A stretch of 63,659 nt of DNA, the filler included, from Octopus bimaculoides (taxonomy: Eukaryota), in NCBI RefSeq assembly GCF_001194135.2. It is 5 parts of 5 records of this genome, joined end to end, with 100 filler letters (N's around TTAATTAATTAA, not from the genome) between each part and the next. Parts side by side here need not be neighbours in the genome. Positions count along the whole stretch, not along the records: positions 21,355 to 38,382 come from NC_069005.1; positions 38,483 to 56,350 come from NC_068992.1; 3 more parts are not named here. One strand, written 5' to 3'. The notes below the pieces were generated by a model. That model did no database searches. It was given only the letters and a program-made list of their open reading frames with translations, and was not told where the DNA came from. A program made the translations under genes and the position numbers. Below, in pieces: positions 37,688-50,657 of this stretch (within the stretch, counting starts at the first letter, position 1; every line of letters starts with the position of its first letter).

Positions 37688-37787
37688 NNNNNNNNNNNNN
37701 NNNNNNNNNNNNNNNNNNNNNNNNNNNNNNNNNNNNNNNNNNNNNNNNNNNNNNNNNNNNNNNNNNNNNNNNNNNNNNNNNNNNNNN

Positions 37788-37861
37788 ATGTTCGCTGACC
37801 AACCATACTGACTAGTGACAATACAGCAGGGAGAGTCCACCAATCTGTTTGATACAACAAC
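37788..37861 (-). CDS. HSP90: HSP90 coding exon, 5' part ([25 protein letters not shown]); remainder lost in gap
   Basis: Hallmark HSP90 peptide; acceptor TTTGTTTGTTGTAG at 37862. Confidence 0.92.
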
Positions 37862-37983
37862 CTACAACAAACAAAGGAAACAAAAATTCAAGTCATTGAA
37901 GTTAGTCATGGAGAACAGGAAACAAAGACGCACCAATAATTTTATAATTCAGCAACTGAATGAAATACAAAACAACTACCAAC

Positions 37984-38252
37984 CTTCTCGACCTTTTTGT
38001 CAAGAATGTCTTTGATAACTTTACATAATCCTTCATATGCTGTCTTATCCTCCTCCAGCTTCTTCTTAGACTCCTCATCGTCAGGAAGTTCCAAACCCTC
38101 TTTGGTAACACACACCAGCTGTTTGCCATCATACTCCTTCAATTGTTGAGCAGCATATTCATCAATTGGATCTACCATATAGACCACTTCACAGCCAGAT
38201 TTCTTTACTTTCTCAACAAAGGCAGAGTTCTTGACAGCATCCTTGGTCTCAC
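37984..38252 (-). CDS. HSP90: Cytosolic HSP90 coding exon, 269 bp (middle-domain end)
   Basis: (G)[89 protein letters not shown]; acceptor TTTTAAG, donor AAG|GTTGGT; 122-bp intron to the next exon keeps frame. Confidence 0.95.
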
Positions 38253-38382
38253 CTTAAAATACAAGAACATTATGTCACTCTTATATATAGAAAACCCAGT
38301 CACTAATGCCTAAGTAGAAAATTTATCTGGTTCTCATCAATTACTTCATCCAAACCAAGACCAGATCAAATAGAGTTTAACA

Positions 38383-38482
38383 NNNNNNNNNNNNNNNNNN
38401 NNNNNNNNNNNNNNNNNNNNNNNNNNTTAATTAATTAANNNNNNNNNNNNNNNNNNNNNNNNNNNNNNNNNNNNNNNNNNNN
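38383..38482. other. Artificial scaffold linker
   Basis: 44N-TTAATTAATTAA-44N. Confidence 0.95.
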
Positions 38483-38521
38483 ATTTTGAAGCGTGTGGCC
38501 TGTGTGTGTGTGTATATGTGC

Positions 38522-39092
38522 GTGTGTTATGTATTTTTGTTTAAGTGTCAAATCCTTCCATTTATCATCAACAATTCTTTTTCCCCCAACAAAACAAAGA
38601 TTATTTGTCATATTTTTAATACCAAGCATAATTGCTTCCAACGTATAGAATGTCAATACCTCTATCACAATTTTCCACTATATTTTAGTATGGAATCAAG
38701 TCCATGATATATTTCAAATCCTTGAAGGTAGTGCCATCTTCTCTTCTGAATTCTCTGCTTTTTGTTGTTATTGTTGTATATATGTAAGAGGTTATTTTCA
38801 AAGAAAATTAAATGTTACCATCAAATTCGCCAAAAGCAGCACCAACACCAAGATTAATATGCAGCAGATCCGTTCTGTTGCCTCATTCTAAATAGATATT
38901 GGTTTCAAGCTTTGGCACATGGTCAAAAATATGGGGAGAGGGTAAAAGCGGCTGCATCGATTCTAGTGTCCAACTAGGATCTATTCAATCGACTACGGAA
39001 CGACGACAGGCAAAGTCGACCTCGGCGTAATTTGAACTCAGAGCGTAAAGGCGGACGTGTATGATGTGCAAACGATTCTGCCAGCTCACCAC
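38522..39092 (+). repeat. Left arm of long inverted duplication (includes a SINE C at 38885-39092)
   Basis: Reverse complement of 40733-41348; ORFs 38435-38668 and 41203-41520 share near-identical peptides. Confidence 0.9.
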
Positions 39093-39123
39093 CCCCTGAT
39101 ACGAACGGTATACAACAGAATAA

Positions 39124-39187
39124 GATCAAGGAATATCTGTGTGATCCAGAATCGAGATCAAGGAATATCTGTGTAATCTAGGATCGA
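39124..39187. repeat. 32-bp tandem duplication
   Basis: GATCAAGGAATATCTGTGT at 39124 and 39156. Confidence 0.85.
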
Positions 39188-39199
39188 GACCACTCTTTT

Positions 39200-39453
39200 C
39201 TCTTTTACTCTTTTACTCTTTTATTTGTTTCAGTCATTTGACTGCGGCCATGCTGGAGCACAGCCTTTAGTCGAGCAAATCGACCCCAGGCCTTATTCTT
39301 TGTAAGCCTAGTACTTATTCTATCGGTCTCTTTTGCCGAACCGCTAAGTTACGGGGACGTAAACACAACAGCATCGGTTGTCAAGCGATGTTGGGGGGAC
39401 AAATACAGACACACAAACACACATATATATATATACATATACATATATACGAC
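39200..39453 (-). mobile_element. SINE family A, 3' part (young copy)
   Basis: Nearly identical to 14-280. Confidence 0.85.
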
Positions 39454-40129
39454 NNNNNNNNNNNNNNNNNNNNNNNNNNNNNNNNNNNNNNNNNNNNNNN
39501 NNNNNNNNNNNNNNNNNNNNNNNNNNNNNNNNNNNNNNNNNNNNNNNNNNNNNNNNNNNNNNNNNNNNNNNNNNNNNNNNNNNNNNNNNNNNNNNNNNNN
39601 NNNNNNNNNNNNNNNNNNNNNNNNNNNNNNNNNNNNNNNNNNNNNNNNNNNNNNNNNNNNNNNNNNNNNNNNNNNNNNNNNNNNNNNNNNNNNNNNNNNN
39701 NNNNNNNNNNNNNNNNNNNNNNNNNNNNNNNNNNNNNNNNNNNNNNNNNNNNNNNNNNNNNNNNNNNNNNNNNNNNNNNNNNNNNNNNNNNNNNNNNNNN
39801 NNNNNNNNNNNNNNNNNNNNNNNNNNNNNNNNNNNNNNNNNNNNNNNNNNNNNNNNNNNNNNNNNNNNNNNNNNNNNNNNNNNNNNNNNNNNNNNNNNNN
39901 NNNNNNNNNNNNNNNNNNNNNNNNNNNNNNNNNNNNNNNNNNNNNNNNNNNNNNNNNNNNNNNNNNNNNNNNNNNNNNNNNNNNNNNNNNNNNNNNNNNN
40001 NNNNNNNNNNNNNAGCAGTGTCGAGGGCTTATATACCTCATTATTAGACTATTTTCTTTAGTCATTACGCGCTGAACGCTATAAGCTTTAAGCCTATAAA
40101 ATACTATTATTATTTACAGAATATACATA

Positions 40130-40173
<44 letters not shown>

Positions 40174-40178
40174 TGTGA

Positions 40179-40225
<47 letters not shown>

Positions 40226-40489
40226 TGTGTATAATATATACGCGGATTTTCTTTCAATAATCTTTTCTACTATAGGTGCAACGCCTGAAATTTGGGGGCC
40301 AGATGCCCTATTGTACCGAAATATTTTTATATGTAGCACTATTCAACAAAACAAGAAAGAATAAAAGATGTACAAGTTGCGTCGCAGGGTCGATGTAACT
40401 GACGAACCCACGTCCCCAAAATTCATTGTGGATTACGCCAGTCCTTGAAATATTAATATTCTTTTTCCTCTTCTCTTTAATAATCCTTT

Positions 40490-40695
40490 CTCCTATAGGA
40501 ACAAGGCCTGACATTTTGGAGGAGGGGACTAGACGTTTACATCGACTCCAGGACTCAGCCGGTACTTAATTTCTCGAGCCGAAAGGATAAAAAGTAAAGT
40601 TGACCTCGATGGAATTTGAACTCAGGACGTAGTGACGGGCGAAATAGCGCTAAGCATTTCATCCAGCGTGCTAACGATTCAGCCAGCTCGCCACT
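40490..40695 (-). mobile_element. SINE family C
   Basis: Reverse head GTGGCGAGCTGGCTGAATCGTTAGCACG. Confidence 0.75.
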
Positions 40696-40732
40696 TTCCT
40701 GTTCTCTTTAATAAGGTTAAGTACATTATTTG

Positions 40733-41348
40733 GGTGGCGAGCTTGAAGAATCGTTAGTACGCCGGGAAAAATGTCTAGTGGCATTTCGTTCCTCTCTAGG
40801 TTCTGGGTTCAAATTCCACCGAAGTCGACTTCGCCTGTCATCATTTCTGCGTCGATTAACAAAATACCAGTTGGACACTGGGGTCGATGCAATCGACTTA
40901 GCCGTCGTCTAAAATTGCTGGCCTCGTGCCAAAGTTTCAAAACAATACATTTAGAATGTTCGAAATTTTGGGCAACAAGCATAGAACGGATCTGCTGCAT
41001 ATTAATATTGGTGTTGGTGCTGCTTTTGGCGAATTTGATGGTAACATTTAATTTTCTTTGATAGTAACTTCTTAGATATATACAACAACAGCAGCAACAA
41101 CAACAACAACAAGCAGAGAATTCAGAAGAGAAGATAGCACTACCTTCAAGGATTTGAAATATATCATGGACTTGATTCCATACTAAAATATAGTGGAAAA
41201 TTGTGATAGAGGTATTGACATTCTATACGTTGGAAGCAATTATGCTTGGTATTAAAAATATGATAAATAATCTTTGTTTTGTTGGGGGAAAAAGAATTGT
41301 TGATGATAAATGGAAGGATTTGACACTTAAACAAAAATACATAACACA
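40733..41348 (-). repeat. Right arm of long inverted duplication (includes plus-strand SINE C at 40733-40965)
   Basis: See 38522-39092. Confidence 0.9.
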
Positions 41349-41624
41349 CACTCACACACACAAGCACACACACACACACGCACACACACTCATACATTCA
41401 CACACATATTTCGAGGTTGTAATAAAAGAATCTGTGCCAACTTCACAATGTCCAGGTGTGTGTATTTTGAGTATTTTTTTAAATATTTATTTATGGTATC
41501 TGTGTGTCGGTGGCACGTAGGGTGTCACCTGTGTGGAGCTTGTGGTTATGCAATGTGTGCTATTTTATGTTCTCTTCTGTCCCAATTTGCTTGTTTATTA
41601 TTGAGAGAGAGCACCTGCACTAAG

Positions 41625-41674
<50 letters not shown>

Positions 41675-42064
41675 CATACATCTATCGTACATATGCATAT
41701 ACATATACATATATATATATATATATATACACACACATATATATATATATACATATATATACACAGCAATACAAAGAGAAACGAAAAAGACTCAAAATAC
41801 ACACACTCGAACATGTGAGTCTGGCATAGATTTTGTTATTACAACTTCCAAATATCCAGACAAGTTTACAACAAACCAGATTAGCGCAACTCTACCCTGC
41901 AAACAAAGTCCAGACAAACAGACACCACACGAACATTTCAAAATAGTAATCGTATAAATAATCCCATTCGACCCAAAGACTGTTTGTTTAAGATGCACCA
42001 ATGCTGTAACTGAGTGCAGAGGGATAGAAATTCCGGGCCTCTGACCTGGTGCACCTTGCCTGCC

Positions 42065-42240
42065 TATCCTTTTCTATTTTAGGCACGAGGCCCGAAATTT
42101 TTTTTTTTGGGGGGGAGAGCTAGTCGATTAGATCGACCCAGTACGCAACTGGTATTTAAGTTATCGACCCCAAAAAGATGAAAGGCAAAGTCGACCTCGG
42201 CGGAATTTGAACTCAGAATGTAGACAGATGAAATACCGCT
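42065..42240 (-). mobile_element. SINE family C
   Basis: AAAAGATGAAAGGCAAAGTCGACCTCGGCGGAATTTGAACTCAGAA. Confidence 0.8.
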
Positions 42241-42700
42241 TTGTCAAAGTGCATTCAAATCAGGATTGACTCGAGCTAGGCAACAACAGCAACACGAATA
42301 TGTTGTTCAAAAGACCATCAAGGTTCGTGAAGCGTAAAACTGCCATAGATGTGGCAGCTGCTACAACTCAGACGTGAAAACTCTAGCATAAAAATGACGC
42401 TGAACTGATATAAAATACTATTTAAAATAAAACTATACCTTACGCACGATTTGCACTAATAAATAAACGAAGCACTTTCTGATACTTCCTCTCTCTCTCC
42501 CCCTCTCACCCCAGCTCTCTCTCACTCACTCCCTCAAAGTCCCTCACTTCTCTTTTTCCATTTGCATGTGCATGTGTTTGCATGCAGGTGTATGTGCGTG
42601 CGCATCCATCCATCCATCTATCCATACATTCATTTGTCCATCCAGCCAACCAGCCAACCATCCAGCCAACCAGCCAGCCTTCAAGCCAGTGAGCCAGTCA

Positions 42701-42756
<56 letters not shown>

Positions 42757-42794
42757 ATATCTATCTATCTATCTATCTATCTATCTGTCTATCT

Positions 42795-43012
42795 GGAGGC
42801 GCAATGTTCCGATGGTTAGGGCAGCGGACTCGCGGTCATAGGATCGCGGTTTCGATTCACGTTGTGAGTGTTTATTGAGCGAAAACACCTAAAGCTCCAC
42901 GAGGCTCCGGCAGGGGATGGTGGCGAACCCTGCTGTACTCTTTCACCACAACTTTCTCTCGCTCTTACTTCCTGTTTCTGCTGTGCCTGTAATTCAAAAG
43001 GTCAGCCTTGTA
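42795..43012 (+). mobile_element. SINE family B, 3'-truncated
   Basis: GGAGGCGCAATGTTCCGATGGTTAGGGCAGCGGACTCGCGG; follows a (CTAT)n tract. Confidence 0.8.
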
Positions 43013-43070
43013 TCTTTGCTGGAAACCGGCTCCCTCCTCAGTGGAAGATTTATAATAATTAAAAAATAGA

Positions 43071-43119
<49 letters not shown>

Positions 43120-45174
43120 AACACACATACATACATACATATATACCTATATACATATATGTATATAGGTATATACACACACATACATGTATATAGGTAT
43201 ACACACACATACATATATGCATACATACATGTATATTGGTATACACACACACATATGCAGTTCAACGACTAAAAAACGTAAATGATAAAAGACAAAGGTC
43301 GTATATATGTATATATGCATGCACGTATGTACGTACGTATGTATGCATGTATGCATGTATGTATGCATGTGTGTACACTATGTACATTTATGACTTCTCT
43401 ACAATTCTGTTCTGAAATCTTCATAAAACAAGATACTTATTGGCAACGATCCAGTTATTAAATAACGTTTATATTGAAGATTGCATGATATTACTTAAAT
43501 TCTTTCATAAGTATATTTCTGCATTATATTACTACAGTATATCACTACATTTACAACACGCGCCTTCCTTTTCCACCTCCCACCCACCCCTACAGGCGCA
43601 GACATACGCTCGCTTTGTTTCGTCTTGTTTCTCTCAGTGTTATTACTACACAAACCAGATATATTAGAGTTTTAATTGCAAAATCTCTTATATATATTAA
43701 CATTTACAGCAATTTGTTCCATACGGAAATTGAAATTAAACTACGTACGATGTACTGGTTAAAGTTCTGTTGTGTCGTAATAGTAAAAAAAACAAAATGT
43801 CTGCCTCATCTAATAGTACATCTAACCAACGTTTGACTAATTATTTCGCTCATCACGTTATCAAGATGTACTTTTCAAGGCAGTAAAAAAAAAACTCAGG
43901 TTCCGTTTGACTTGTAAGGAAAAGCTGCCAAATATCCCTCAAATCACAGTTTCCGTGTTAAAGAAAAGAAAATGAAAAGCAAACAAAAAAACAAAACAAA
44001 AAGACAACGAAATAATAAAGATAAAAAACAATAGGAAGAACAAATTAAATTTATTTTTTTCAAATATTAATACAGAAAATGTGTTTGCTATGCAAAGGTC
44101 TGCTTGATTAGGACTGAGCTGTGGGGGGGGAGGTGAACGGAACTAAATACTACCACCACCACCACCACTACTACTACTGCTGCTGCTGCTGCTACTGACG
44201 CAGTGCTGTTGCTACAACTAGTACTACTACTATCGCTACAACTGATGCAATCGCTGCTACCACTGCTGCTACTGCTGTTACCACCACCACCACTACTACT
44301 ACTACTCCTAGTTATAGTTATAGCTGCAACAGAGATTTTGACGTATGTGTACATCTGGATTCATAGTGTAACACTTTATTGAAATCTAGGGCCGCTTAGT
44401 TAGCAAAGCAAATTCAAAACAAAATCTCTCCTTGCCCCCAGAACCTCATCAAAAAATAAAAAAAATTTTAAAAAGTACTAAAAGAAGGCTTCGCTTCATC
44501 TCAGATGCGAATAAAATTTTGGGAGGCCAAAAGTAGGCGCAGAAAATTAATGATGCAGTAAATAACACCATTTCATTTGTTTTAGCTATTACTGTTGNNN
44601 NNNNNNNNNNNNNNNNNNNNNNNNNNNNNNNNNNNNNNNNNNNNNNNNNNNNNNNNNNNNNNNNNNNNNNNNNNNNNNNNNNNNNNNNNNNNNNNNNNNN
44701 NNNNNNNNNNNNNNNNNNNNNNNNNNNNNNNNNNNNNNNNNNNNNNNNNNNNNNNNNNNNNNNNNNNNNNNNNNNNNNNNNNNNNNNNNNNNNNNNNNNN
44801 NNNNNNNNNNNNNNNNNNNNNNNNNNNNNNNNNNNNNNNNNNNNNNNNNNNNNNNNNNNNNNNNNNNNNNNNNNNNNNNNNNNNNNNNNNNNNNNNNNNN
44901 NNNNNNNNNNNNNNNNNNNNNNNNNNNNNNNNNNNNNNNNNNNNNNNNNNNNNNNNNNNNNNNNNNNNNNNNNNNNNNNNNNNNNNNNNNNNNNNNNNNN
45001 NNNNNNNNNNNNNNNNNNNNNNNNNNNNNNNNNNNNNNNNNNNNNNNNNNNNNNNNNNNNNNNNNNNNNNNNNNNNNNNNNNNNNNNNNNNNNNNNNNNN
45101 NNNNNNNNNNNNNNNNNNNNNNNNNNNNNNNNNNNNNNNNNNNNNNNNNNNNNNNNNNNNNNNNNNNNNNNNGT

Positions 45175-45308
45175 ATTTAATTTATTGACGTCGAAGCGAT
45201 AAAAAGCGAAGTCGACCTTGGAGGATTTTGAACTCAAAACGTAAAGTCAGGAGAAATTCCGAGAACCATTTTGTGTGGAGTGCTACCGATTCCACCAGCT
45301 TGCCGCCC
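45175..45308 (-). mobile_element. SINE family C, degenerate
   Basis: AAGTCGACCTTGGAGGATTTTGAACTCAAAACGTAAAG. Confidence 0.65.
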
Positions 45309-45961
45309 GCTAGTGTATCTCATAATAACCATACTAAACCGCCCCCCCCCTGCACAACACTTACATCCTACTGACAAAACGAACCAGCAGTACATCGCAG
45401 CATAACATCTATATCTACCCTAATATTAATACACCACCACACGCCACGCTTCATCATCAATCCTCATTTTTATTACAACACAACAAATCACACCAAGTAG
45501 TCCAAGACACTTCATCACTCTAAAACCCGCTGCTCCTTCACAGCGTTCTTCGACACGTCGCTCCATCACAGTTATTGCCCTTGTCATCAATCATTTATTT
45601 GTTTGTTTTTAGCATTTTTTCTTTAGATACAGTACAACAAACTGCACTTTTAGAATAAGTCATTGCCACTTTATACCAACTCATAACTAAATAACTAGCT
45701 TTTTTTTTAGGTGTGTATGACTATGTGTGTGTGTGAGTCTGTATGTGTGCGTGTAATTATATATGTAAGCAAATATATTTAAATGCGTGTGTATGGGTGT
45801 ATACTGCATATATGTGTGTATGTGTCTGTGCGTGTGTGTGTGTTTGTGTGGGTGCGCTTTTACATATAAGGAGGGAGAAAGAAGAAATATTTTTGTGGAA
45901 TGGTAACATATATATTATATATGCATATTTTGCACACATACACACATATATATACATATAC

Positions 45962-46006
<45 letters not shown>

Positions 46007-46879
46007 TGCATACATATATATATGTGTGTGTGCGCTTTTACATATTGAGGGTAGAGAAAGACGAAATATGTCTGTGGAATGGTAGAGCAATGTTTAAGGC
46101 AAGCTTCGTTCGGGCTGAGGTTGGAGATAAACTGCAATATAGGCGAACTGATTAAGAGGAAGCGATGTCAGGGAAGGTGCAGCATCCGGCTCCTTCAAAT
46201 CAACAATCATGAACGTACGACGAATAACAAGAATCAGGATCATTCAACACCACCACCACCACCACCACCACCACCATCACTATTAGCTTCAATGCTTTCG
46301 CCGTCATCAGTGACACTACTCTCCACCTTCAAAATCGCTGGCACAACCCTCCCACCGCCACCATTTGTTTGCGTCGACATGACCAGTACTACCACCGCTG
46401 CCACCGTCAGCGTGACCATCACCACGATCACCACGACTACCATCACTATTTGTTTGCGTCGACATCACCAGCATCATTACCATCACTCAATATACTCCAA
46501 AACCAGCCGACATCAAAATTATAACAGCATCATCCCCACCTTCCCAGCTAATTGTATCTGTGTCACTTTAATACTAGAATTACAGTCTACGGTATCATCA
46601 TCACTCACTTTCACATGACAAGATTTTTGGTTCAATCCCACATCTTGGGAAAGCATCGCTTACCAGAGCGTCGGGTCAATCTAAGCCTTCTGAGTTAAAT
46701 TGTGGGTTGAAAAAACGGTGTAGAAGTCCTCCTGACGAATTGTACTTGCTAATCGAAAGAGTCTTGTCACATATTGCGTGATGTTGATTCGGCGCCAGGA
46801 TTTAGTTATTTTCACGCGTGTCTGTGAAATACTCAGCCACTTACACATTTGTTTAACGTGTGGTTAGTTTTATTGTTCA

Positions 46880-47050
46880 TACTTTCTTTTACCTGTTTCA
46901 GTCACTAGACTACGATCATGCTGGAGTACTTTCTTGCAAGGTTTCAGTTAAAGGAATGAACCCCAATATATATATTCTTTTAAACCTGGCACTTATCCTA
47001 CTGGATGTTTTTGCCGAAACGCTGATGTAACAAACCAACACCGGTTGTTG
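46880..47050 (-). mobile_element. SINE family A tail, degenerate
   Basis: TGTTTCAGTCACTAGACTACGATCATGCTGGAG. Confidence 0.6.
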
Positions 47051-48785
47051 AGCGATGGAGAAGGGAAAACACAATCCAAAGACATCCACACCCGACAGGG
47101 AAGACTTACTTTCTATCCAATGTGATGACATCTATTAGTTACTTCATAATCGAAAATACAATGATCAAAGGGAAATAACTCAAATAGGCCAATGGCATAA
47201 ATTTGGATAATTAAGTTAAGTGTGGTGTAAGGAAAGTCATTCGCAGTAATTAATTAAAAATCTTCCTTTAAAATGGAAGAAAGAAAACAAACACCTAGCA
47301 GCACTTGATAGAGCCTCTCAAAGAAAAGAGGAGATAATTTCAAGCAATTTCTAATTACTCTCCGAAAGTTAATTAACATGCTTCAGGATAGATAAGACTG
47401 TTTGACTGCATGCAACAATATTTGTGCCTGTGCGCCTATGTATGCATGCATGTGTGTGTGTGTGTGTTTGGGTGAGTGTGCACGAGTGTGAGTACCTAAG
47501 ATAATGTATTTCCAGTTTTCTGTGCATTTGTCTTTCTCTCATTTTTCTCTCCTCATTCTCACTCATCCTCTCTTTCCATTCTTCTCCCTTATTCCCCCCT
47601 CTCTCTCATAACTTATGCGTTGTACAGAATAGTGTTGCTATCTGCGAACGAGAACGTGTTAATGTAAAACTCCATAATTATGCGTAAGTTTGAAGTCTGA
47701 GATTGTTTATGTTTTATTTCTACGAATAAACACAAAGAATCAAGATGGCAGCCATTTGTTTCCTTAAACAAACAATGCTGACAAACTGTCATCATTTTTA
47801 GAGACGTCATTTTAATTTAAACATTTATTCTCCGCCATATTTTTTTTTTTTCATTTTTCATTTACGTGCTTTCATGGCGGTTATATTTCTCCCCCTCTCT
47901 TCTTTCTGCTTCTCTCTTTTCTCTCCTCTCTTCTGTTTATCTCTCAATTCCTTCCATTTCTCAATCACCTCTGTATTTCCTACTCTCCTTCTACCTCTCT
48001 CTCTCTAGAATTCCTATATTTATTTATCTCTCACTTTATATATGTTATCTTACTTTTCTTTAATTTTCAAGTAATTTCTCTTATATTTATTTAGTCATTT
48101 CATTCTTCGTGCACTCTTGATTCTTATGTACTTCCAAACATTCCCCCACCCCTATCACCTCGCTCTTTCTCTCGTTCATTCTCCTTCATTATCCGATTCT
48201 CAATCTCTTTCAGTCTTGTACTCTTTCACACTCTTTCCTCTTATATCCCTTATATTTCATTCAAAACTGTTACTCTTTCACTTTCCATTCTAATTTCTTT
48301 CTCATTTTTCATTGTTTTTTTCAATACATTTTCCTTCTTTTCTTCGCTAGTACTTTATTAAAATCTTTTATCTTCTCTTTTCCATTTTTGTATTTTTTCT
48401 TCCTTCCCCCTCTCTCCCTCGCTCTCTTAATTTTCTCTCTTACTCCTATTTCTTAGGATCTCAACTTCTTCCGCTATGTACTGCTACATACATGCATATA
48501 TATANNNNNNNNNNNNNNNNNNNNNNNNNNNNNNNNNNNNNNNNNNNNNNNNNNNNNNNNNNNNNNNNNNNNNNNNNNNNNNNNNNNNNNNNNNNNNNNN
48601 NNNNNNNNNNNNNNNNNNNNNNNNNNNNNNNNNNNNNNNNNNNNNNNNNNNNNNNNNNNNNNNNNNNNNNNNNNNNNNNNNNNNNNNNNNNNNNNNNNNN
48701 NNNNNNNNNNNNNNNNNNNNNNNNNNNNNNNNNNNNNNNNNNNNNNNNNNNNNNNNNNNNNNNNNNNNNNNNNNNNNNNNNNNNA

Positions 48786-49080
48786 CAATGCTCTTCTCAA
48801 TATGTGTGACGTTCCGGTTGAGACAATCTTTTGCACTTCCTGCATGGATGGTAAGCCAGCGATCATTCTTGAATAATTTTCAGTCCCTTTTTTGATCATT
48901 CCAATTGCTCCTACAATCACAGGTATTGTACCCGTCTTGAGATGCCACATCTTTTCGATTTTGGATGAGCAAATCCTTATATTTTCTAAGATTATCAAAT
49001 TCTTTTGCCGAGATATTATGGTTACAGTGTATGCTCATATCAATAAATAAACAAACTTTATTGCTTTTGTCTTTTACAAA
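48786..49080 (-). mobile_element. R4/Dong-like retrotransposon RLE endonuclease remnant (5'-truncated)
   Basis: VKDKSNKVCLFIDMSI-...KYKDL-I / IEKMWHLKTGTIPVIVGAIGMIKKG...QKIVSTGTSHILRRAL (PD-D-K type RLE C-terminus, frameshifted); 5' junction abuts (TAA)n at 49081-49107. Confidence 0.85.
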
Positions 49081-49381
49081 TATTATTATTATTATTATTA
49101 TTATTATCATCATCTATGGTTTCTTTTCATAACTTTATTTCAGCTGCCTTAGTACCAGGCATCTCAAATCATTATCTACTAATTTCACACGTCTTCTGTT
49201 GTAATTTTTACTATATTTCACTTCTCACTTACCATGGCGAGCTTGTGCCTCTGGATATACGCATGATACATGTGCCTCGTAGAATGCATATTCAAAGGCT
49301 AGGTCTTTAAAATGGTCTTTAAAAGGCAACACTTCTTTTTAACTGCTATTAAGGTATTCTCTGCTCATTTGTAAATGCAGG

Positions 49382-49452
49382 CTATTTTAGACCACTTAAA
49401 GTTGCTTCATGTACGCAGACTATTTTAGACCACTTGAAGTTGCTTCATGTAC
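49382..49452. repeat. 38-bp tandem duplication
   Basis: CTATTTTAGACCACTT-AAGTTGCTTCATGTAC at 49382 and 49420. Confidence 0.85.
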
Positions 49453-50396
49453 CTAGCTACCTCCCTATCCTTAACGTTAGGATGTCAAAGTCTCTATTCT
49501 TCTCTCTATATCATTTTTTTTTCACAAATTATTCTCATCTTCATTTTTTCATCTTTAAACTCTGACCTTCTCAATTCTGTTTGAACATTATCATTGCTAA
49601 TCCTTTACATTTGACGTTGTACTCAGTGTAAAAACACTTGAAAATATATATACAGCCATTTCTATTCAAACGAATTATTAGAAAACATTCTTCCAATATT
49701 GGAATAGATACTAAAATGAAGGAGACTAGGGAAGAGAAGTGACATACACAATTGATAGAGGTGACCTTTTTTTGTTCTCCAAATAGTTTATTGTATTTGA
49801 TACATTAAACGGATGTTATGTGAAAGGTTTCTTCTTTCCGCCCTTCTCTTATGATTGGCAGACGTTTACATAAAGCGCGTGCTGTGGCACTCTCTCGCGT
49901 TGGCTGCGCCCACAGACACGAATAGCCAAAACGAAAAAAAACACACAAGAAAAATCAACAACATAAAAACGATCTTTGATTATTCAAAATAGAAACATTT
50001 CTATGGCATTTATTTTTACACTTGCAAATGTGCTTCTGTTGCGCGCGCGCGCGCGCGTGTGTGTGTGTGCGTCCTTAATTTTTCTCCAACTAAATTCCGT
50101 TAGCGATGGTCGTTCTAGAGTTTCACTTACCCAAGTTATTATTGACAGTTCGTTTCCTGTCAACGATGGTGCGTTGTATCTATGACCAAGTTACTTAAGT
50201 ACGAAGTTATTCCCTTCCATTTAGCTGTAAACAGACGTCGCGATGGAACATAGTTCACCATTTTAAGTATGGGAGGACACTGTACAGCAACAACTAGATT
50301 CGTTTGAATTTCTACTTTCAAGTTCTATCAATATCGATTAGAATGGTATAAGACCAAATGACACTAACTTGAATCAGTGATACACAAAATTTTGAT

Positions 50397-50657
50397 CAGT
50401 GGTTCCAAAAGCGAGCAGTACTACCCCACGGAGTGTTAGAAAGATCCAGAGGGCGTTAAAGAAAAGTAGAGCGGTAATGGAGTGGCCAAAAAGAAGCGAT
50501 GATTGTTTTAACTAAATTGAGATTTATTTTTTAAATACTGTTGTTTCGAATTTACAACAGAAAGTGGTCTATGTTTGTGCTGGTGAGTGATAGGATGGTT
50601 ATGAATGAGGCCCGAGTGCCAAGTGGGTGGCAGCCCCCAAACGATTAGGAACCACTG
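50397..50657. mobile_element. hAT-like MITE, 261 bp
   Basis: 10-bp perfect TIR CAGTGGTTCC...GGAACCACTG; decayed 8-bp flanks ATTTTGAT/GTTTGGAC (5/8 match). Confidence 0.6.

Noticed and set aside
17627-38187. Tiki-HSP90 functional cluster
   Set aside because: They lie on different scaffolds separated by an artificial linker
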